Source: Paragordius varius
Lineage: Eukaryota; Animalia; Nematomorpha
Reading direction: 5' to 3'
Length of the DNA: 64,000 nt
Assembly: GCA_964247055.1 (NCBI GenBank)
Contig: OZ176057.1
Span: 6,014,001-6,078,000, forward strand
The position numbers were made by a program, and so were the translations under genes. The stretch's first letter is position 1. Each line of letters starts with the position of its first letter. The notes beneath the pieces were generated by a model. It made no database searches. It saw only the letters and a program-made list of their open reading frames with translations, and was not told the origin of the DNA. Shown piece by piece: positions 12,630 to 26,700 of the stretch.

Positions 12630-15480
12630 GCGATAAAATTTTACTTGTAAAATTTGAAAAGATATTTTTTGAAGGTTACATGCTCTAAATCTAAAAAACA
12701 AAATTAATAAAATCAGTTAAGTTTCAAAATAACGATAAATATTAGATTTTCTAGTTAAAAGCGCTATATATTCTTTTAGATCCATACTTTTTCAAACATT
12801 ATAAGATTAGAAATATTGTACACAGATGTAATTAGTAACACAGTCTAAAAAATACGGAATTTATGATTATAATCTTTTTAAATTAAAAAAATTAATTAAA
12901 AACGTAGGCTTTATCTTTTAAAAAAAATTCTTTTTGTCTTTTTTAACTTTTTCAAACTTGACAAATTTTAAGCATCTTTAAGAAATTGAATCTTATTATG
13001 AAAAAATGTTTTATTTAGTTAAAATCAAGTGCAATACGATGTCCGTTGATATATTAATTAGTGCAATATAATACTGTAATACATAGTTATATATTTATCA
13101 ATTATTCCCAAATCAATTAATTGTGCAAAAACCTATTATTTTTTAATAATATTTTTGATTAGTTATATCCATATTTGTACATTTATACATATAATAAATA
13201 AATATCTTTATTGCATTTATTTGATTAATATAAATTTGGAAATCGGTTACCAATTTCAGTAAAAGATATTTGATAAATTTTGATATCCACTGTAAATATC
13301 TTTTTAAAAAAGCATAAAATTTGGTGAAGCGTATTCATCGCTTTTTGGAAGCATGATGAAACGATATAAACATGCTTTAAAATATTATAAAAACACTTAT
13401 TTACATAATTTGATATGTCTGATTACCTTCACTTAAAAATTTTAATTAATTATCCATTCATCAAATTTGGCTTATATTTATAAAAAAAACGCCAAAATTA
13501 TAAAGTAAACAAACATTTAAATTAAAAATGTGAAGTGATAGATTTTTATCAAATTAAACTGAAAAAGTGTTTTCATAATTTCAAGCGTATTATACCGTTT
13601 TTATCATGCCTCTATATAAAGTACTCTTCAACAAAATTTTGCTAAGAATCGGATTTTGGTAAAAAATGTGCCTTTTTAAAAAATATTCTTGATATCAAAA
13701 TTTCAATATCTATTTAAATTTTTTATTGCACAATCCTGGAATTTTGCGTCGAAACTCACATCTAAAAATTAAATTTTTAAAAAATTTTTGCTTTTCATAG
13801 GCAATTTATGATTTAGCTTTTAAAAAAAAATAATTAAACCAATGTGCACAAATTTTGTAATTTTCTGATATTATGAAGCACTTATCAATTTCTAAATGTC
13901 ACTCATAAGGGCCAAAAGTACCATAATAATCCTAAAACATTATTTATCAGATATATCATCAGGATATTTTTTATACCCCACTATTTTGAACGCAATGTAT
14001 TGTTACAGTTTTTATTTTAAAACATAAAAAACTATGTAAAATAACCCTATTCCTACAATTGAAATGTTCGATTAAGAAGGGATTTTCCGGTTGAATTTGT
14101 GTAATGCTTAAAAAATAAAACTGTTGAATTGAAGTAAGGTTCTTGGTATTAAAATTTAAGAGCTAGTTTTTAACCAGGGCATATAAAGTTGTTGGCTTAG
14201 CAGACCATTACTCACCTCTTAAAATTTTAAGATCTTAAAAACAAAGTTTAAGCTTTTTTATTTAAAATTTTAAATAAGACAATTAATTCGTAATAGCTAA
14301 ATTTTCAATAAAAAAATCATATTACACATTTTTAAATATTATATTGTTATAGATAATAAAATAAATCATGATTGTCTATAAGACATGTAAAAGCATAAAA
14401 ATTGAATTTTAACACATAAATTCCTGCTTTTCCTACCACTTAAGTTTTCGAAAATGTTAACCATTTTTCATACATTTAACGTGTGTTTGGAGTAGTTATA
14501 TGTTGCAAATCTTATATAGAGACAAGAGCAATCAAACTGTACCTTTGGGGTCCCTAATTGCGTTTGCTTGCAATATTACAAATCCTATGTCATCAAAAAA
14601 ATGGTGCGTTGGAAAATTGTTAAAAGCATTTTGAGTGCATTTGATTTTCCAACTACGCTCCTCAAATTCCGATTTACTAAAGTAAAGTGCTAAACAGTTA
14701 GGCCGTCATAGATATGCTGTATATTGGAAACAGTGATATTGGTATACAGACAAAGAGTAAAAACTCACTTCCATAAAGACAAAACTAAAAAGAGGAAAAA
14801 GCCTGGTACTTTTTTGAAATAAGTAGTTTATCCTTTGATTTTATTAAACCTAATTGGTTTTTAGTTACGTAGGGAAGTAGATATGTAAATTGGTAACACA
14901 TTCAATTTATATTTTAAAAAAAACAGATAGTAAACTATACGGTTTCTCGTACTTTTTCTTCGTAATTTTAACCTTTACTGGAGATGATTCAGAGTAAATT
15001 AGAGGAAGCTTGCAAATGGTAAGTTTTTTTATTTACACAAAAATTATAATAAAATGATAAAGTGTTTCTAAAAACAGTTGAAATAGGAACATATTGAAAC
15101 AAAATCATTCATTTTGTCATCACTGTCCTGTGTTCATTTATACTTAACAATTAGTGACAAGTCCATATTGTTTAGAATAAATATTAAAACACAGATAAAA
15201 CGTAAATACATAAAGACTAACATATTTTCAAAAATACCATACATTTTATATAAAATTTTACTAAATCTAAGTATATAATTTCCATAAACGAATTAGTACA
15301 TTTTCGAATCTAGGCAATGAACTACCAAAAAATATTTAAATAAATATATTATAATTTGAATCTCGTAAAAATTAATTTTATATTTTTCAAATTATGTTTT
15401 AATTGTATCTTATTATTTTCTTGTTTTAGCTAATCCATTAAAAATACTAAAAGGTATCGAAATTTTAAATATAGTTTAAT

Positions 15481-15878
15481 TACAGTAGCGTATGCAGTAA
15501 AAGATTGTTAGTGCAAAATAATCTAAAACAGGGGGATATTATGGATATAAATTGAGTGGGTGACGACGATAGGTTGTTAAATAAGATTCGTGTTAACGTC
15601 GTGAATAATGGAAGAAAATAAAAAATAAATTATTATATACTCAAATTTTATTCTATTAACAACTCCTGATGATGCCATTGGGCGAAAAAAAAATTTGAGT
15701 ATATAATAAATTTATTTTTTATTTTCTTCCATTATTCACGACGTTAACACGAATCTTATATTATGGATATGTTTATAAATTGGACTAAATGATAATTAAT
15801 ATATGAAAATTGTCCCCCTGTTTTGTGTTCATTAAGATTATTTTGCACTAACAATCTTTTACTGCATACGCTACTGTA
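15481..15878. mobile_element. Tc1/mariner-type MITE (family 3) with a nested hairpin insertion
   Basis: Perfect 44-bp inverted ends 15481-15524 and 15835-15878, beginning TA-CAGT (Tc1-like terminus with TA target duplication). An additional short inverted pair AAAACAGGGGGA/TCCCCCTGTTTT is present. Confidence 0.85.
15549..15757 (+). mobile_element. Foldback insert with partial hammerhead-like core (possible Penelope-like element terminal fragment)
   Basis: Arms of about 70 bp at 15581-15649 and 15690-15759. The loop contains CTGATGA-T-GCC-ATTG-GGC-GAAA (15666-15687). The insert is flanked by the 13-bp direct repeat ATATTATGGATAT (15536-15548, 15758-15770). Confidence 0.55.
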
Positions 15879-17479
15879 AATAAATTTTACGAGATTTTAA
15901 ATTTTAACATAAAATAATCGTTCTCTTTGACAAGGTTTCAAATTTAATAAAATATTTCTTAATGCACATATGTTTGAAATCGGCCCGCAAAGTCTTTTCT
16001 TGTTGGTTATTTATGTTTTAGACACTGTTTTAATAAGCATTTATGGTAATGGATATAAATAAAGGTGATTATCAGTTACTTTTATCTTAAAAAATAAACT
16101 ATTATAACACTTTTTTACATATCTTTTATGCCATTAATCAAATTTTACATTAAAAAAATTAACAATCTCGCTATAAAAGAATTAAATTGTATAATCTACT
16201 TGCACCTCAAATAAAAAAATACCAGTTTAAAGCGGTTTATTCGCGATTAAATATATTATACAGTGCGGAAACACTGCATATATAAAATGATAAATCGAGA
16301 TAGTATTTTTAAAGTATAATTTCCATATTTTTTAAGAAGTAAATTTTACAATCCCTAAAATTTTAATTAAATTTAAAAATAAATTTGATAAATATTTAGC
16401 ACAAATGTTTTGTAATAACATCCAAAAAACTGTTATATGATATATTAAACAACTTGATACCTAAAATCGCGTTGTTTCATATAATATTGGCCTTAAGAAT
16501 ATTTAACACAAATGTTTTGTAATAACAACCAAAAAATCTCATATGATATATTAAACAACGCTTAAAATATCGTTGTTTCATATACGATAACTTTAACTTA
16601 TCCATTTAATTACGACGGATTGAACTTATAAAATATACGCTATTGTAATTACTACACACATGTGTCAGTAAAAATATTACACAGAAGTATTTATATTCAA
16701 TCGACATGTGACAAAATATTAAGTATATTTAAAGATTTTTATATTCTTTCAATCAATCAATCAAGCAGCATGATTGTTCACGTGTTCAATTCCCTATTTT
16801 AATAAATCACATAATGAGAACAAAAAACATATATATAGGACCAATTTTTTTACACTAATATCGCGAATCAGAAATTTTTTTAACATTAAAACAATATAAA
16901 AACTTAGCCCAATCGCTTAGCACTAAAATCTTTTCTTCTAAATCCATCGATAATTGATTTTATTTTTATAAAACTGGCAGATACAAAGTATGTATGACCT
17001 TATGTGACAAATAGTTTGTATACACAAAAACGCGCGATAAAAATATTTTTGTGTTCCAGATAAAAAAAGCGAGTTTAGTTAATATTGAGCACATGTATAA
17101 TAATGTTATATTTTTTATTGTTAATTATCGTAAAAACATTATTGTAAAACATGTTTCTTTGATTTTATAATATAATTCTTTATTTTTTACATAAATTAAT
17201 ATAATTTTTTGACATTTTTTTGTCTGGCGACTAAATTTTTTGCATGTATTGTACAAAGTATACTTCATTTGTCCTATCATTCATCATTTATATTTCATAC
17301 TTACTAAATATGCAAAATATCATCTCTATTTTTAGATTTTTTCAGGATATTTTTTCGACATTTTAATAAATCTTTTATAAAAAATTATCTCTATTTTTAG
17401 ATTTTTTCAGGATATTTTTTCGATATTTTAATAAATTTTTTATAAAAAATTATTTTTTTTGGTTTTTAAATATAGTATA

Positions 17480-20400
17480 ATGGTTTTTTTACCGTTTAAA
17501 TTTTTACCTGTATCTGTGATACTTTTGGGCTATTGGACAATAATTGGAACGATATTTTCTATTTCAGTCCCTGGAGAAAGTTTATTATCGCTTATTTATT
17601 TTTTAATAAATTTCAGTTTAAGAATATCTCGTTAAAAACTAATTTATATTTTTGTTTGATAAATATAAACCAATATTTTAATTATAACTAAAATTTGTAA
17701 TTTAAAATATTCTTAACTTTTTTTTATTTTACAGTTAAATACTAAAATATGATAGGGTAAAAATTTTAATTATAAATTATAAGGGTGCATAAAGAATTCG
17801 AATAGTCCAGTTTTACAATAAGAATTGGAAAAAAATACTTTAGATACCATTTTTTTCGTCAGAATAATAACTTAACAGGCGATTAGAATGAGTCTTATTC
17901 AGAGATAGGATTATTAAAATAATATCTTTATTATGCATAAATGCAGTCATTTATTTAATAAAAACTTTTAACCGACAAAATGTAAAATATTCATTGCAAC
18001 TATAACATAAAATATCTATCTGAATGCTTTATCCAAAATGTCAAACTATATTTGCAACGAAAACTAATTAATCTTATATTTATAAAATTTATAAAATTAT
18101 AATTTTCCATTAAATGTTATCACGCGAAAGACATATGTTAAAAAGTTTTGAACCAATTATTTTTGTAACCGGTTATCGGACCCAACCTTGCTTTTTTTCG
18201 AAAAAATCCATATTTTACAATTAATGTAAAAATTGACTGTTACCTAGGTGATGCTTATTGGAATACGTATGCAAAAAACCGAGTTGATAAAACTAGAAGA
18301 CTTAATCGTTACATCCCAATGTCCCGCGTAAAAAATGTCATTCTCGTGATTGGAGATGGTATGGGAATGTCAACTATAACGGCTGCTAGAATTCTCAAAG
18401 GTCAATTACTGTCACATATGGGCGAGGAAACTGTACTGGCTTGGGAGGCCTTTCCATTCCTCGCACTTGCTAAGGTTTAAGTTTTTACTTTTTTTTGGAA
18501 ATATAAGTCTGGAAAAAAATATAGGCTCTATATAAAATTATATACATAAATAGTTAAATTAATATAAATGCCAGTTTTATTTCATATTTTTCTCGTGCTA
18601 AGAATTCTTATTTTCCAAAAGTTTTTATAGTAAAAATGAAAATATACTGACAAAACGTAACAGCAAAATTTATTTCCAAAAACAACAATCATACTTTTTA
18701 ATACTGTTCATTTTATATATAAAGTATATTATTTGGATAATATATATAATTGCATTATTAATTATATCTCTGTTTGATATCATACTGTTCAACTCAAAAA
18801 TATGTTTTTAAAAAAATGCATATTAATATATCTCTGTTAGATATCATACTGTTTAACTCAAAAAAAATATTTTTTGGGATTTTACATTTTGCTGTCTAAT
18901 AATATCAATTTTGTATTTTATTGAAAAAAAAACGATATCAACCATATTGTGTCCTATCGTTTTAGGATATGAGATAACGATTAGACCAGGGTGTAAATTA
19001 CAACACACTTAAAAATAAATTTCAAAAATTATGAAAATTATATAATATATTAAAGAAATTATTCCGAAAATAAAAATATCATTTCTTTCCAAACAAAAAA
19101 ATGTTTGTCATGTAAGGGATTAATAATTATTGTTCGCCATCAGATCCAAAATATAATTTTCCTATGCGTTTTATTATGTGACTATAATTTTTACTGTAAA
19201 CTAATAAAGTTTTATGAATCATTTAATTGTAACCTTTCTGTATCAGATTTATTTGAAAAACAACCCAATATATTTTATCGAAAATATCATTATAATATGT
19301 ATTTAAGAATGATTCTATATATACAGATAAAGTGTAAAAAAGCAATTATAAATCACCATTTTAAAACTATATAATTACAATAATATATAGAGTGTTAGCA
19401 ATTTATCTCTCATTCTTATTTTGCAACACCAAACGATAACTTATATTTAAAAGATCAAAGTTAAAAATGTGTCTTTTTTTACGTTTTGTCTGTATAATTT
19501 TATTTTTTACTCCACAATTGAGTATAATGTATGGTCTTTTTACAGTATAAAAATAAAATTATAAAAGAGATAATATACAAATAACACAAGGTTATAAATT
19601 CTTTTTTTAAGAGAAACGCATATTTTTGATCGTGATTTTTTTGTTATTTATTGTATTATATACAATAAAATTGAAATTATACGGATCAAACCTAATAAGT
19701 ATACTTTTTAAACCTTATTTTTTCTTATTTTTTATTACGATGTAAAATATATGATTGATCATGTTACCAAGGTTATTTTTCATATTTTGCTGTTTTAAAC
19801 AATGAATTTTATTTAAAAATCAAAAAGTATGGTTGTCTTTTAAAAAAAATATTTGTTATCTTTTTGCGTTTTGTCCGTATAATTTTAATTTTTACTCCAC
19901 ACATATAATATATATTTCGCATTTTCTGCAGACTTACAATACAGATCACCAGGTGCCCGATTCGGCTGGAACCGCAACTGCAATGTTATCGGGCGTAAAA
20001 ACTAAAATGAGTGTTTTAGGGCTAAATGATTCCTGTGAATATCAAATGTGTTCAACTGTAAAGGAATCACAAATCCCTTCTATTGCTGATTGGTTTATAC
20101 AACAAGGTAGATTTAGATATAAGTTCAGTTTGAAATTATACGGATGAAACGTAAAAATATAAACACAAATGCTTTTGGTTAAAAGACAACCATACTTAAT
20201 GAAGCTTGATTTTTTTAACATAAATCATTGTTAAAAATTGCAAGTAAATAGAGTATATTTAACAAAATCAAATATTTAAAATAAGTTTTTAAAAATGGTT
20301 GTCTTTACAAAATTATTTATGCGATTCACAATGAAACATCTTTATTTTGTGATTGATTAGATAATTATCATTTTAATTTTACATATTTATAATACTAAAT

Positions 20401-23400
20401 ATTTTTAATGTTTTTTAACTAAAATTTTTGGGTTCAAGGTTCTTATTTCTGGTTTGTTTTTTACGAATCATAAATTTATTATTTTAATACGTTAGAATTA
20501 TAATTAAAATGTACAGTAAAAATTGGATTATACGGACAAAATGTAAAAAAAAGAAAAATATTATTTTCTAAAAGACAACCATACTTTTTAAATCTTAATT
20601 TTTTTAAATATAATTCATTGTTTCAAACAACAAAGTATAAAATATATATGTGTATTGGTAACACAATCTCAATTATATATTTTACAACTGTTATTAAATG
20701 TTTTTAATAGGATAAATTAAGGGTTGAAAAAGTATGTTTGTTTTTAAAAAAAAATATTTTTCTTACTATTACTTTCGTATATTACTGTACTATAACCCCA
20801 AAAATATACTTAAAAAATCCTTCAATAAAATAATTTCATTTTTCATTATAAAAAATTTGTTCTTTTTCATTTTTTCACCTTTGACTTTCTACTGCGTATG
20901 TTTTGTAGGACGTTCAGTTGGGGTGGTTACTTCTAGTAGAGTTACTCATGCGACCCCTGCGGCAACCTACGCCCATATTCCAGATCGGAATTTAGAAGCA
21001 GATACGGATTTCGAACATTTTAAGGTTGATCGATTAAGGGATGATACCATAGACTCATCACTAACTGAAAATAGTAATGATATTCTCAGGAATAAAAAAG
21101 ATCAGATGCCTTTTATACAACATCCTACACTGTGTCGAGATATAGGTTGGCAATTGGTAAACCAAAGCCCCGGCAATAAACTAAAAGTAATTTATGTAAT
21201 GGTATTCTACAAAGCAGTGTAAAATTGGTAATGTATGGTATTTTTACAGTAAAAGTAAAATTAGAAAAGAGTTATAAACAAATAACACAAGGTTAAAAAC
21301 TCTTGTTTTTATAAAAACGCATATTTTTGATCGTGATTTTTTGTTTTAGATTATGGTATTATATACAATTAAAAATTGAAATTATACGGATCAAACGTAA
21401 TAACATAAAGTCAAATATTTTTTTCTAGAAGGCAAGCATACTTTTTACTTATTTTTTGTAATACGATGTAAAATATATGATTGATTGTATTACCAAGGTT
21501 ATTCTATCTCATATTTTTCTGTTTTAATCAATGAGTGCTATTTAAAGAATTAAAAAGTATGGTTGTATTTTGGAAAAAAATATTTGTCTTTATTTTTTGC
21601 GTTTTGTGACTATTATTTTAATTTAATTTGTATCAACAAAAGCTTTTTTTTCCAAAAAAGTGGTTTTTTACTTAAAATTACTATTCTTTAATTTAAATAT
21701 TTATTCCGTATCTCGCGACCCAAACTATAAATTAATTTTTTAACAAAAATGGTTAATCCTTTATACAAATTAGTTTTTATAGTTTTAAATTGTTTAAATT
21801 TGCATTTAGGTCGTACTTGGAGGTGGTTGGCGTAAATTGGTGACAAAAAATGAAACCTTGGCAAATTTATTGAATCTTGCAACTCACTGCGACAAAGAAA
21901 CAAATTCTGCATTGCTAAATGGAACTAAAAATTTTGAAGAGATATCCGAAGTTAATGGAAAACGTGTAAAACGTATGGTTTTTAGTCAGAAGGTAGGTAC
22001 ATTTCATATTTTATCAAATTTTAGCAGTTAGAAAATTTAACTATTTAAAATATTAATGTTTGAAAGATTTTTTTATTAAAATATATATATCAGCAAAAAA
22101 ATCGGTTTGACCGTTAGTATTACATTAGTCGTAACTGGTTATATTTAATCACACCTATAAACATATGTTGTAACTTATGGTAAAATTGAAGTTTTACGGA
22201 CAAAATGTGAAAATATGGTTGTCTTTTAGAAAAAAATAGTCTTTATATTTTTACGTTTTGTCCGTATAATTTCAATTTTTCCTGTAATAGTCAGAAAAAG
22301 ACATTTTACTTTTGTAATATGCTTAAAATTAATTGTAATCTCAGAATTCTAAAATCATATATTAGCTGAAGTTTGATAATTGTATATTCCCATTAATTTT
22401 TTGATATAAAATATTCTCCAAATTTAAAGATTATGAATTGGGGTAATGATACAACACTCCGTGGACAACGAAACGATAAAAACTTGGTTGAGGAATGGGT
22501 CAAATTTAGAAAATCTTCCAATGATTCTTATGCCCTTGTCTTTAGTCAACAGGAATTGAAAAAAGTTGATGCCAACAATACAGATTATCTTTTCGGTAAG
22601 TTAGAACTAATAATTTTTGAAATTCATTTTAACTTTATAATATCCTCTCAGGTATCTGTACATATACGTATGTATGCATAGGGTATCATTTAAAAATGCT
22701 CTTGTTTTGGGTTTTCTTGAAAATCTTTTTATGTAAGTCTAAGTAAACAAGTCTTTGATATTTCATATATATTTCTTAAGAGTGGTGGATTTTTTTGCGT
22801 TTTTTCGTTTGAATAGTATATTAATTCTGTATTTTTGTTCACGCAAATAAATTTAGACTTGTGAGAAGGCAATAAATGTTATTTATATAATAATATGGCT
22901 ACTATCAATATAATCATGTCAAATTTTAATAGCAAATTGGGTCCTGACAGGTACTTTTAAATGTATATACTTTTAAATTTGGTTTAAAGTATAATTCACT
23001 TTTTTACCTATTTTTGTCATAATTGAGATTTTAAATTTGGTTTACTTTCAACGAAACTTGGCGATTATTTTGAAATACCGAATTGTATTTGATATTTCAT
23101 GCGTTTAAATTAGGGATTTTATATATTTTGAGATAAACAATTTAGAAGGGTTAATAACTTTCAATTTGGTTAATGAAAATTTTACGAAGAAAAAAATTGA
23201 AATTATACGGACAAAATATAAAAATTTAAAAACAATTTTTTAAAACAACTATACTTTTTAAATCTTAATTTAATAATAAAAAAATTTAAATACAATTGTT
23301 AAAATTGATTGTGTTACCAATTTACATTTCTATATTATACTGTGTAGTTTAAAACAATGAGATATATTTAAAAAAATTAAGGTTAAAAAAGTATGGTTGT

Positions 23401-23710
23401 CTTTTAGAAAAAAATATTTGTTTTATATTTTCACCCTTTGTCGGTATAATTTCAATTTTTACTGTTAGTGATAATATAGATATTTGACTAATTTTACCGC
23501 ATTTATTTGGAATACTTGTAGGTTTAATTGAGTCTGAACCAGTTATAAATGCATTTCAATCTTGATTGACGGTTATAATATTATTACAGTAAAAATTAAA
23601 ATTATACAGACGAAACGTAAAAATTGAAACATAAAAAAGACAATCATATGTTTTAAATAATGACTTTAAATACAACTTATCTTTTTCCATGGCATAATAA
23701 ATAGAATGAT

Positions 23711-23745
<35 letters not shown>

Positions 23746-26700
23746 TACAATTATATCAAAGTTTAAACAAGTATGGTTGGCTTTTAAAAATAATATTTGT
23801 CTCTTTAAATTTTTATGTTCTGTCCGTATTTAATTTATTACTGTATGCTTATCACGGGTTATAAAATATATACATTGATTGATTTTTTTTTATTGTCTAT
23901 AAAGTACTAAAATTGTACATACATAATTAAGATTAATTATACCGTGATGGGCTGCATTTGTGAGTAGTCACACTCACCGGTTAGATATTGTGCAAGAGTT
24001 TTAAAACATTTACCTGTGTAATTGAACTAATTAACTGCGCTTTGCGACTTTTAAAATATTTTTTTACTATGAATATAGAAATGGCGTCAGATTAAAATGC
24101 GCCCGTCTAACACATTAAATTGTATTGTACTGGGGTGTTTATGATATGATATGAATACCATTTAGACTGTTGTTATATTAGCCAAAATTGAAAATTAAAC
24201 ATTTTTGGGCAAATTTATATTTATCGTTTAGTTATATTATTTGCATGTATACAAATTTAAAGCATATGTGTATAACGAGCTGTTTAAGTACATAAATTGT
24301 CAACCAATATATTTAAAATCTCAACATCTTTCTAAATATGTTTAATTAAGTGCTATTAAAATTAGTAACCCACACTAAGGTCTACCCTACCGCGTACAAA
24401 AAAACGTAAAAAAATATATATGATAAATCTAAATTTTATATATTTTCCCGCACTTTTCTACCACTTGATCGGACTAATAAATGAAAACAAAAACTTTTTA
24501 TTACGAATATTTAAAAATTTGACAATTCAAGGGTATATTATTAAGTGTGCAAAATATTTGTAATATTCCCCCTCACTGTAACACAGGCTTGTTTGCCCAC
24601 GATCACATGAGTTACGTATCGAAAAAAGAGGCGAGCAGTTCTGAACCGACTTTGCTTGAAATGGTCACCAAAGCAGTTGACATTTTATCCAAAGACGACG
24701 CCGGATATTTTTTATTGGTCGAAGGTATATATGCTATATCGATATTTTTCATATATGTTCAAAAAATGAAACCGTGTTTCTGAATATATAACTTTTGTAC
24801 CTTTTTTAAATATATTGTTTTATTTTTATTAGATGGTTTACTGTGACTTATTAAAATAATAATTAATACAAATTACATATATTAAATTTAACACATATTA
24901 GCAAAAAACAATAGATATTAAAACAAAAAATTAGTTTTCTCGGGTTTGAAATAGGAGCATTTATTATTTATAGTCCCTTTTCGTTATTAATTATAGATAA
25001 AATTTTATATCTATTTTGTAATTTAACATAAATTGGCTATAAAATCAAAAAAATATTATTATTTTTCATATACAATAAATAAACCAAAATATAATTATTT
25101 TATGGCAATTTTTTCAATTCGACTCCCTGAAATTTTGGCTATTATTCAAAGGATATATAGGTCAAGATCGCTATACTGCTTTAAATGCAAATTATAAAAT
25201 ATGCAAATAATAACTAAATATATTTCATAGTTAATTAAAAAATAGTTTATATAGAAAAATAAAAGTTGTAAAAAGTATGGTTGTTGTCTTTTAAATAATT
25301 ATTTGTCTTTTTGTCTGTATAACTTTATTTAAAAGTTTCAATCTGGATTTTTAAACAGGAAGTCGCATAGATCACGCACATCATGAAGGGAAGGCCAGGC
25401 TAGCTTTGGAAGAAACGCTAGAATTGGAAAAAGTTGTTTCTTACCTTGTGGATCGAACTCAAAAATCAGCTGATCTGGATGAAGAAAATAAAACAGCTGA
25501 TGATTCTGAAACGTTAATCATAGTAACAGCTGACCATTCACACGTGTTTAATCTTGGGGGCTATCCGTTAAGGGGAAACCCTATTTTTGGTTAGTATTTC
25601 TTAATAAGATTTGCTTTATATATCCTCTACCATATATTAATCACATGTTTAATGGGATGAATAGTTAATGCAGGCATAACAACTACCGATTTTGTTGAGA
25701 TCAGTCCTTTTACTTTTTTAAAATTTTCTTTTATATAATTTCAAGTTTTTCATTTTTAATAAATATGAATAACTTTGATTTTCAATTTTACCATATTATA
25801 CAAAAACAATTGGTTAAAAGAAGGTATATGTAATAGAGTTTAAATATATTTTGGCAAAAAAGTTCTTTGAAACTTCCAAAATTTAAATTCCTGGTTATAA
25901 ACTCTCCAGTTTTCATAATCCTTTTTGATATTGGCTATTTAAACATATATATTAAAACGATTTATTATATCCAATTAATAATCCGTAAAATTTTGACATC
26001 AGTAAATGCTTTTTTTATTTTGTTCTAAAACTTTTTTTGTGCCTTAAATTTTAGGTTTAAACCGAGAATATCTGACGCGGGAATTTGAATTATCTGATGT
26101 AGATGATTTGCCTTATACACCGCTAACGTATGGGAACGGACCTGGCGGGCTAAATACTAAAATATATAACCAAAGGCCCGATGTTAGAAACACAAAAATT
26201 GGTTTTTTACATCTATGAAGTTGTTTTGTAGTTGCCACATAATACACAATCTTTATTTCAATTAAAATTTTTTTTAATTGCAAGTTATAAAGACAAAACC
26301 TAAAAACGCATATGTTTCTTATAAAGAGTTTTTTATAATAATATAACGTAAATAAAATATAAATAAATACAGTATGCATTTTAATGGTTGCTAACTTCAC
26401 AGCACTATAGTTGGGCAATATCCACAATAGTGTAACCAAATGTTGAATAAACAATTATTTGTTTCTTTTTTTTTCGATCATTTAAAATGCACAGACTGTA
26501 ATTGCATGTGTTACTATTATGCGTACATTTCTATTTCTTAATCATAAAATTGACGGTTAGAAAAGTATGGCTAAAAATATTTGTCTTTACTAATTTAAAT
26601 TATGGTTAAGTGAATGTTTTCAAATGCCTAAAAACGTTATGACTGTTTTTTAAAACAAAGTAGACATAGTCGAAATTATTTGAAACATAAATTTTAAAAA

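Noticed and set aside
14984-15018. ATG...AAATG/GTAAG as ALP first exon
   Set aside because: Phase 2, which does not match ALP exon 18248 (phase 1), and no signal peptide. Exon 17480-17579 fits both. It may be an unrelated or UTR exon.
16392-18870. Small two-copy tandem duplications (about 16392-16559, 17320-17450, 18770-18870) and (AT)n microsatellites
   Set aside because: Ordinary slippage products, common throughout this window.
25495-25530. CTGATGA...GAAAC hammerhead-like string
   Set aside because: Falls in ALP codons for ADDSET, and there is no stem II.
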